From: an uncultured Opitutia bacterium
GTDB taxonomy: Bacteria; Verrucomicrobiota; Verrucomicrobiia; Opitutales; Opitutaceae
Direction of reading: 5' to 3'
Assembly (NCBI GenBank): GCA_903820035.1
Contig: CAIJFT010000286.1
Location: forward strand, 102 to 64,101
Length of the DNA: 64,000 bases
In this document: in pieces, positions 37,101 through 44,482 of the stretch
Numbering within the stretch: position 1 is the first letter of the stretch
Layout of the letters: each line of letters begins with the position of its first letter
Notes under the pieces: model-generated
What the model saw: only the letters and a program-made list of their open reading frames with translations
The model's database searches: none
Told to the model about the DNA's origin: nothing
Translations under genes and position numbers: made by a program

Positions 37101-40100
37101 ATGGAACCCTTCCCGCCCCTCGCCCGACTGCATCGCCTCGCACTCGCCGTCCTCCTCCCGCTCGCCCTGCTGCTCGCTCCCGGCCTTCGCGCCCAAAACG
37201 CGACCGGCACCGTCGAGGGCCGTGTGTTCAACGCCGCCACCGGCAACGCTCTGACGAACGCCCGCGTCACCTTGGAAGGGACCGCGCGCGAGGTGCTCAC
37301 CGACGAGAGCGGCTCCTACCGGCTCACGGGCGTGACCGCCGGCCCGGCCCGCGTGACGGTTTCGTACCTCGGTCTTCAGCGCCAGACCGCCGAGGTCACC
37401 GTAGCCGCCAACGGCAACGTGAAGCGGGAGTTTGAACTGGTGCGCGAAGCTGCCACCGGCGAGACGGTAAAGCTCGACGCCTTCACGGTCGCGGTCGACC
37501 GCGAGATGAGCGCCCAAGCGGTCTCAATGAACGAACAGCGCGCCGCGCCAAACCTCAAAAATGTCGTCGCAATCGACGAGTTTGGCGACCGCGGGGCCGA
37601 AAACATCGGCGAATTCCTGCTCTTTCTCCCCGGCGTTTCGGTCACGACCTCCGGCTCCGAGCCAACCACCGTCGCGATGCGCGGCTTCCCCGGCAACAAC
37701 ACGGGTCTCACCATCGATGGCGCGGAGACCACTGCGACGTTCAACGGAAACAGCCGCGCCCTCGACCTGCGCGAAGTTCCGTTCAACAATGTTTCACGCG
37801 TCGAGATCACCAAGGTCCCCACACCCGATATGCCCGCCTCGGGTCTGGGCGGCTCAATCAATCTGATCACGCGCAACGGCTTCGAATCGCGCAAGCCGAA
37901 GCTCACGCTCAACGCCTACACCATGTTCCACAACCGCAACGGCCCGACCTTCGACGGCGGCCCGCGCAATGCTTCTGGCGTCACCTCGTCGCGTTACACC
38001 GAGCCGTCGTTTGACTTCAGCTACCTGCGGCCCGTGAACTCGAACCTAGCCGTGACCGTCGGCGGCTCGCGCACCTGGCGCGCCAAGCCGATGGAAACCG
38101 GCACCAAGGACACCGACGAGTCTCCGACCTGGGACCAGGTTCGTCTCGTACAAACCACGAGCCAGTGGAACAGTCTCGCCCAGCAGTTCAAGACGCTCCA
38201 AGGCCAGATCGGCGTCGACTGGCGCTGGCGCGAAGCCGACACGTTCTCCGTCAGCGCCCAGTACCGCAGCTACGCGCTGCCGATCACCCGCAGCGTCCTC
38301 GGCTTCGCCTACGGCGCCGGCGCGACCGGCGGCCCGACGTTCACCCAGGGCGCGGCCACCGCGGTCGGCACCGTGACCATGAACGGCAGCGGCGAAAACG
38401 TCGATATCCTCACCCAGACGAAACTCTATAATTTCAAGTATCGCCACCGCGGTGACACCTGGCGCGTCGACTTCGGCAGCTACTTCTCCACCTCGGGCAG
38501 CAACCGCGCCGATGTCGACGCAGGCTTCTTCAACACCACCCCCGCCACCATCTCGAATGTCATTTTGCGCGGCGACGGCATCCCCGCGTCGGGCGGTACG
38601 ATCCCCACGCAATACTCCGCCACCAACGCGGCCGGCGCTCCCGTCGACGTCTACGACGGCGGGAACTACTCGCTCGTCAGTGGCAACACCAACCAGCCCG
38701 ACTGGAATACCCAGCGCTATAACTTCAAGGTCGACCTCGCCCGCGACTTCCGCGGCGCGGTGCCGTTCGCGTTGAAGGTCGGCGGCCTCGTCGACACCCT
38801 GCAGAACGACCAGCGCCGCTACGCCAGGACGTGGACGTTCCGCCCGAACGGCGCGACCGATGCCACCTCGCGCCAGGCGAAGAATTTCGACGTCTTCGAC
38901 AGCGCCTTCAACGACGACGGCCCCACCGTCTTCGGCCGGAAGGTCCGCTGGATCAGCGGGGCGAAGTACTACCAGCTGTACCAAAAGAACCCCTCCTGGT
39001 TCACCTCCGACGACGCCCAAGTCTGGCAAGACTACGTGAACAACTCCCGCGCCCTCGCCGAACAGGTGGCGGCCGCCTATCTCCGGACCGACGTGCGGTT
39101 GTTCCATAACCGCCTCTGGCTCGTGGGCGGCGTCCGCTTCGAGCGCACCCACGACAAGGGCAGCGGCCCGCTGAACGACATCAACGCGCAGTATCAGCGC
39201 AACGCCGACGGCTCTTTCGTCGACGGCAACCCGGCCCTCGCCGGGGTCCAGCGGGTGCAGCTCACGAACGACGCGCTCGCCCTGCGCAAACTCCGCTACG
39301 TGGAGCGCGGCGCCACCTCAGACCAGCACTACGGCGGCCTCTACCCCAGCCTGAACGCCAGCTTTAACCTGACGGAAAACCTGATTGTGCGCGCCGCCTA
39401 TGCCCAGACGCTCGGACGGCCCAACATCAATAACATCATCCCGAGCACCTCGATTTCCGACGCCGCCGCGGCCAACCCCACGATCACCGTCAACAACTCC
39501 GGCCTCAAGCCGTGGAGCGCCCGGAGCTACGATCTCTCGATCGAGAGCTACCAGATCAAGGACGGCTTCGGCTCGATCGGCGTCTTCCAAAAAGAGATCA
39601 AAAACTTCTTCACCTCGGTCACGACCGCCGCCACCCCGGCACTGCTTGAACTCTACGGCCTCGAAAGCGACCAAGCCCTGCTCGGTTACAACGTCACCAC
39701 CCTCGCCAACGGCGGTGACGCCAAAATCCAGGGCGTGGAATTCACCTACCGGCAATCACTCACCTTTCTGCCGCACTGGGCCCGCGGCCTTCAGATCTAC
39801 GCCAATGCCACGAAGCTCAACCTCGGAGGCACCCGCACGTCGGACTTTTCCGGGTACAATCCCAAGTCCGTTTCGGGCGGGGTGAACTTCGTCCGCGGCC
39901 GCGTCGCGCTGAAGTGGACGATCAGTTACAGCGGCGACGTCAACACCGGCGCCGTGGCCGCCAGCGCCACCGTGGCGCCAGGCACGAGCAATTTCCAGGC
40001 GAAGCGCACCCGCATCGGCGTGAACGCGACCTACAGCCTCACCCAGCGTTACTCCCTGTACGCGTCCCTCGTCGACTGGGGCGGTTTCGTGCAGAACCTC

Positions 40101-40196
40101 CAACGCTACTCGGCCACGACGCCGGCCTACGCCCGCCCGACCCGCTGGCAGGAACTCGGTTACTACACGAACGTTGGCGTGCGCGCGACGTACTGA
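37101..40196 (+). CDS. TonB-dependent receptor with carboxypeptidase-regulatory-like N-domain
   Basis: 1031 aa; signal peptide; SAQAVSMNEQRAAPNLKNVVAIDEFGD plug motif; NSGLKPW; C-terminal VRATY. Confidence 0.93.
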   Translation: MEPFPPLARLHRLALAVLLPLALLLAPGLRAQNATGTVEGRVFNAATGNALTNARVTLEGTAREVLTDESGSYRLTGVTAGPARVTVSYLGLQRQTAEVTVAANGNVKREFELVREAATGETVKLDAFTVAVDREMSAQAVSMNEQRAAPNLKNVVAIDEFGDRGAENIGEFLLFLPGVSVTTSGSEPTTVAMRGFPGNNTGLTIDGAETTATFNGNSRALDLREVPFNNVSRVEITKVPTPDMPASGLGGSINLITRNGFESRKPKLTLNAYTMFHNRNGPTFDGGPRNASGVTSSRYTEPSFDFSYLRPVNSNLAVTVGGSRTWRAKPMETGTKDTDESPTWDQVRLVQTTSQWNSLAQQFKTLQGQIGVDWRWREADTFSVSAQYRSYALPITRSVLGFAYGAGATGGPTFTQGAATAVGTVTMNGSGENVDILTQTKLYNFKYRHRGDTWRVDFGSYFSTSGSNRADVDAGFFNTTPATISNVILRGDGIPASGGTIPTQYSATNAAGAPVDVYDGGNYSLVSGNTNQPDWNTQRYNFKVDLARDFRGAVPFALKVGGLVDTLQNDQRRYARTWTFRPNGATDATSRQAKNFDVFDSAFNDDGPTVFGRKVRWISGAKYYQLYQKNPSWFTSDDAQVWQDYVNNSRALAEQVAAAYLRTDVRLFHNRLWLVGGVRFERTHDKGSGPLNDINAQYQRNADGSFVDGNPALAGVQRVQLTNDALALRKLRYVERGATSDQHYGGLYPSLNASFNLTENLIVRAAYAQTLGRPNINNIIPSTSISDAAAANPTITVNNSGLKPWSARSYDLSIESYQIKDGFGSIGVFQKEIKNFFTSVTTAATPALLELYGLESDQALLGYNVTTLANGGDAKIQGVEFTYRQSLTFLPHWARGLQIYANATKLNLGGTRTSDFSGYNPKSVSGGVNFVRGRVALKWTISYSGDVNTGAVAASATVAPGTSNFQAKRTRIGVNATYSLTQRYSLYASLVDWGGFVQNLQRYSATTPAYARPTRWQELGYYTNVGVRATY

Positions 40197-40481
40197 GTCG
40201 CGCCGGTGCGATCCGCCCCCCCTCGGGTCGTTGCGGTGCGACCGCCACTTCAATCCAGCGCGATGGGACGTCGGGCCCCGCCCCACTCAGGTGTTTAGGC
40301 TCGCCGGTTCCAGCCTGCCCCTGCACCGAGGCCCGGCGCTGAAGCGGTTCCGCAATCTCTGTCGCCTCGTTTGAGCCGGAGGCAAAAACGTGGGCCCGCC
40401 AGAGCACACCTTGATCGCTGCGCTCCAACGCGGATACGCTAAACCTGAAACGGTGCAGCCCGGAAAACTGCCCTACCCGCT

Positions 40482-41294
40482 TCAGGCAAACGTCCGCCGC
40501 AAATACTCTAGGCTCCGGGTCGCGATGGCCTCGGGGCCTTCTTCAAAGGTAAAAACCTCGACCGACACCGTGCCGTTGTAGCCGGTCTCGCGCAACGCCG
40601 CGGCGATGGGCTTGAAGTCGACGTCACCAAAACCCGGCCCCTTGAGATTCTTGTCGTTGGCGTGCACATACGCGAACTCCCCGCGGCTCTCGCGCAGAAT
40701 CTGCGCCACCGGTTTCGCCTCGTGGCTCATCGCGCGCACATCGAGGATTACCTTGAAGTTCGGCGAATCGAGCCCGCGGGTGAAGCGGATGGCATCCGCC
40801 GCGGTGTTGATAAAATCCGTGTCCTCGAGCGGCAGTGGTTCGAAGCAGATCGTCACGCCGCGTTGCTCGGCCAACTTGACCGCCGGTCGGAATACCTCGG
40901 CCGCCCAGGTCCAGGCCTGTTCGAGGGTCACGCCCGGCAACAGGCTCCGCTGCTTCGGCGATCCGACGATGATGCTCTTGCCGCCCAGGTCGGCGCAGAA
41001 GTCGGCGAGGTCGCAAAAATACTGAGCCGTCCGCGCGCGCGTCGCGGCGTCGGGTGACGTCACGTACATCCCCTCGGCCTGCACCAGTACCCAGTGGATC
41101 CCGGAAATCGCGATGCCCGCCCGCGCCGCGGACTCGCGGATGCGGACACGTTCGGCGGGGGGGATGTCGGTCACGTACTTCGCGAGCGTGAACGGGGCGA
41201 TTTCCACCGCATCGTAGCCGATCCGGGCGCAGTAGGAAAAGACGTCGTCGATTTTCCAGTCCTTGAAAATCTCGTTGCAGATGCCGAATTGCAT
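40482..41294 (-). CDS. Sugar phosphate isomerase/epimerase (xylose-isomerase-like TIM barrel; ketohexose 3-epimerase-like), cytoplasmic
   Basis: ATG 41294; metal-ligand pattern FEPL, ILDV, VHAND, SVEVF. Confidence 0.88.
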   Translation of the reverse strand: MQFGICNEIFKDWKIDDVFSYCARIGYDAVEIAPFTLAKYVTDIPPAERVRIRESAARAGIAISGIHWVLVQAEGMYVTSPDAATRARTAQYFCDLADFCADLGGKSIIVGSPKQRSLLPGVTLEQAWTWAAEVFRPAVKLAEQRGVTICFEPLPLEDTDFINTAADAIRFTRGLDSPNFKVILDVRAMSHEAKPVAQILRESRGEFAYVHANDKNLKGPGFGDVDFKPIAAALRETGYNGTVSVEVFTFEEGPEAIATRSLEYLRRTFA

Positions 41295-41352
41295 GGAATC
41301 AGAGAAGGGAGGATTGCGCGCCGGCCGCAATCAAACAACCGGCGGAGTTTGG

Positions 41353-41590
41353 CCCACGGAACACACGGAGAACACGGAAGCGGAAGCCAACCTTCGAAAG
41401 CCGGTGGCTACGAGCGCTCGCGGGCGGCGAATGTGGCCATTCCGATCGATGCAAAGGTTCACGCGGAGCAGCGGAGGTCGCGGAGATTGATCCTGCCCTC
41501 CCTTCCTGCCCCCCCCCGCTTTTCACCTCACCCGCCGCCCTGAACAAGGGAGCCTCGGCGCACTTCCGTGTCTTCCGTGTGTTCTGTGGG
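41353..41590. mobile_element. 238-bp MITE/REPIN-like element with 28-bp terminal inverted repeats
   Basis: 41353-41380 cccacggaacacacggagaacacggaag vs reverse complement of 41563-41590 cccacagaacacacggaagacacggaag: 25/28 identical; no internal ORF. Mobility is inferred only. Confidence 0.55.
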
Positions 41591-41614
41591 CTACTGGATT
41601 GCCGGGCCCGGCAC

Positions 41615-43150
41615 TCAGTGCGCGAAGCCCTTTTCCTCTTCCGGCAGCGGCTGTCCCTTCGTCTCGGGCGCGAACGGCAGCACCATCAACCCGAGCAGAA
41701 AAATCCCGCACATCGTCACACCGGCGTAGCGCATCGGTTCGGGCTGGTCTTTGTAGACTTCGCTGGTGAGCAAGCCAAGGACCGCCGGGCCCGAGGCGGC
41801 GGCAAAGCGGCCGACGTTGTAGCAAAAGGAAATGCCCGTGCTGCGCAGGCGCGTCGGAAACAACTCCGGAAAATACACCGCGTAGCCGCCGAACAGCGAG
41901 AGCTGGCAAAAGCCCATGATCGGAATCATCCAGAACACTTGGCTCCGGTCCTTGAAAAACAGGAATACCATCGCCGTGCTCAGCATCGCCGCCACGAAAC
42001 TCAACGCGAACGTCGGGCGGCGGCCAAGGCGTTGCGAGAGGTAGCTGAAACTCGCGATGCCCGGGAAAGCGCCGACATTGATCATGATCGAGGTCACGCC
42101 GGCCCAGAAGGTCACGGCGCCCGGCACCCGCGCGGGATCCATACCCTCGGCCAGAAAGGCCTTGGTGAACACCGAGCGCATGAGATCGATCGTGAAGAAC
42201 CCGATGCCCCACAGTCCGATGATACCCGAAAGCGCCAACAGCAACCCGACGACGGCGCGGCGGCGCCAGCGCGTGTCGCCTTGACCGCCGAACACACTCC
42301 ACAGCCCGGCCGCGAGCGCGCCCGCCGCCAAGACGATGCCGATCTTTAGTTTCGGCAAACCGGCCCCGCCGAAGAAGGCCACGGCGACAATCGCCACGAT
42401 GAAGCCCGCCGCGAGGAACGCCGGCCTCTGCCATTTATCGTTGCCGAAGAGTTCGGCGTACGAGCCGAGGCTCGCGCCCTTCTTCGCCGGCGCCGCCGCG
42501 GCCGCCTTCCAGCGGTCGGGCTCCTGCAGCCGCGAACGAATCAACAGGGCCAAGAACGCCGGCAGCGCACCAATCACAAACATCCAGCGCCACGCCGAGC
42601 CCACCGCGCCCGATTCCTCGAGCCGGCCGAGCCCCATGCTGATGAGCGCCGCCGACACATTGCCCACGACAGAAAGCGCCTGCAGGAGGCCGAGCGCGTG
42701 CGGCCGGGCGCGGTCCGGCATGACTTCCGCCACAAGCGAGACGCCGACCGCAAACTCACCGCCGACGCCCAGGCCCGTGAGGAAACGAAAGAACGCGAAA
42801 TCCCAAAACCCGGAGGACAGCGCGCTCAGGCCGGTGCAAACGGAGTAGATGAGAATCGTCCACATCATCGTCTTTGCCCGACCGATCCGATCGCCCAGCA
42901 CCCCGAACGTCAGGCCGCCCGTGGCCCAGCCGAGGAGAAAAATGGCGGTCGCGTAACCGCTGTAGAGCGCAACGTCGTCGCCGGGCTTGAGCAACGCCTT
43001 CATCGCCGGCACGCGGGCCAGGTTGAAGAGCTGCTGGTCCATCGTGTCGAAGAGCCAGCCGAGGGCGGCCACCACGAGAACGAACCAGTGGTAACGGTTC
43101 AATTCAGTCCACCACGCGCCGGTGACGCGGGTCGGTTGGGAGGATGTCAT
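41615..43150 (-). CDS. MFS transporter (metabolite:H+ symporter-like)
   Basis: LGWLFDTMD, FGVLGDRIGR motif A, FRFLTGLGVGGE, ELFPTRLRSTG. Confidence 0.92.
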   Translation of the reverse strand: MTSSQPTRVTGAWWTELNRYHWFVLVVAALGWLFDTMDQQLFNLARVPAMKALLKPGDDVALYSGYATAIFLLGWATGGLTFGVLGDRIGRAKTMMWTILIYSVCTGLSALSSGFWDFAFFRFLTGLGVGGEFAVGVSLVAEVMPDRARPHALGLLQALSVVGNVSAALISMGLGRLEESGAVGSAWRWMFVIGALPAFLALLIRSRLQEPDRWKAAAAAPAKKGASLGSYAELFGNDKWQRPAFLAAGFIVAIVAVAFFGGAGLPKLKIGIVLAAGALAAGLWSVFGGQGDTRWRRRAVVGLLLALSGIIGLWGIGFFTIDLMRSVFTKAFLAEGMDPARVPGAVTFWAGVTSIMINVGAFPGIASFSYLSQRLGRRPTFALSFVAAMLSTAMVFLFFKDRSQVFWMIPIMGFCQLSLFGGYAVYFPELFPTRLRSTGISFCYNVGRFAAASGPAVLGLLTSEVYKDQPEPMRYAGVTMCGIFLLGLMVLPFAPETKGQPLPEEEKGFAH

Positions 43151-43210
43151 GTGGGAAGGGGATAGTCAGTTTCAGGTGGAGCCCGATGAGATCTTCGGGC
43201 TTGCCAGCCG

Positions 43211-43290
43211 GTTGAAAGTCATCCGTTGAAAGTTGAAAGGCACGGACGGCAGAAGCCCCGGCTTTAAACGTTCAACCATCAACGTTCAAC
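43211..43290. repeat. Inverted pair of 7-mer tandem arrays (STRR-like hairpin)
   Basis: gttgaaa-gtcatcc-gttgaaa-gttgaaa ... tttaaac-gttcaac-catcaac-gttcaac. Confidence 0.75.
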
Positions 43291-43313
43291 CGCCCGGCCC
43301 GACCGGGCCGGGC

Positions 43314-44228
43314 TTACAGCAGACCCTGATAGGCGAGCCAGAGCGCCCGGAAATATTTCATCAGCCGCACCGGATCTTTGCTCTCGGGAATTTCGGCGAA
43401 CGTGTAGCCCTTGAACCCGCTCGCGCTCAGACTCGTCAGCAGTTTCCGGAAAGGATACTCCTCGAGGTAGAGATCCCGCAGGTGGACCGTGAAAATCTTG
43501 CCCTTGAGGGCGGCGAAATTGCGATCCCAGCCGTCGCCCTGCAGGTCGGTCTGGTTCGAATTCCAGCACGCACCCACGTTCGGGTGGTTGGCGAAGTCGA
43601 GAATCTGCTTCGCGTTGCTCACGAGCTGCGTGCCGTTGCCGTGTACCTCCATCCGAATCTGCTGACCGTGGCTTGCGCCAAACTCGCCCAGTTCCCGCAA
43701 CGAACGGCCGATTTGCTCGAGGGTTTTCTCCACGGGCACGCCGTTCGGCAGGCCGTTCGGGCGCACCTTTACGCCCGTTGACCCGACGTCCTGCGCAAGC
43801 ACGATGTACTCCTTCGTCAGCTCGATGTCCTGCCGGAGCTTTGCCTGATCGGTCGTATGATAGTCGAACGCGCTGCCCATGCTCGCTAGTTCCACCGGGG
43901 AATCGGCAAAACGTTTCTTCACCTCGGCCCGCTCGGCCTTGCTGAGCGTGACCTCGACGCCGTGCTTGTGCGAGGTGCGCAGCTCGACGCCGTCAAACTT
44001 CGCCTCCGCACAATTCTTGATGATCGTCGCGATGTCCCAATCCATTGCGATATTGTACGTCACCGTGCCAAGCTTCATCGGCGACTTGCCGGCGAAGCTC
44101 GGTTGCGGCGCGGACGGCGCCTTGGCCTTGTCTTTTTTGTCCGCGGCGAAAGCCGCGGTGGATAGGGCGCCAAGCGCGCCGAGGCTGACAGACGCGGTCC
44201 TGAGGAACTGACGACGGGATGAGTTCAT
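43314..44228 (-). CDS. Tat-exported sugar phosphate isomerase/epimerase family TIM-barrel protein
   Basis: ATG 44228; SRRQFLR twin-arginine; GVELR, MEVHG, VHLRD, FAEI. Confidence 0.85.
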   Translation of the reverse strand: MNSSRRQFLRTASVSLGALGALSTAAFAADKKDKAKAPSAPQPSFAGKSPMKLGTVTYNIAMDWDIATIIKNCAEAKFDGVELRTSHKHGVEVTLSKAERAEVKKRFADSPVELASMGSAFDYHTTDQAKLRQDIELTKEYIVLAQDVGSTGVKVRPNGLPNGVPVEKTLEQIGRSLRELGEFGASHGQQIRMEVHGNGTQLVSNAKQILDFANHPNVGACWNSNQTDLQGDGWDRNFAALKGKIFTVHLRDLYLEEYPFRKLLTSLSASGFKGYTFAEIPESKDPVRLMKYFRALWLAYQGLL

Positions 44229-44482
44229 ACGGGGTAAAGCCAACAACGCCGGCGCCGTGCCGGTGAAAGGAAAACCTCACGCGCCGCGGCGAGGCTGTCG
44301 AGGGTGGAAAGCGAAAGTCTCGCTCCCCTGCACGTCCTCCGACCCCGGCGGCGCCAACGGTGTCCCGGTCAGCCAGCGCCCCGGCTGGCGCGCACCAGCA
44401 CAAAGCGGAGAAACGGGCCGTCCGGGGCGAATCCGGTCGCACTTGAAACGGCGGCGCCCCTGCCCTCGTCTCTCCTGACGCC

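Noticed and set aside
40296-40323. Degenerate ggttccagcctgcc unit, similar to gcaggctggagacc at about 55052
   Set aside because: May be another REP family, but the two copies are too divergent to support from this window alone.
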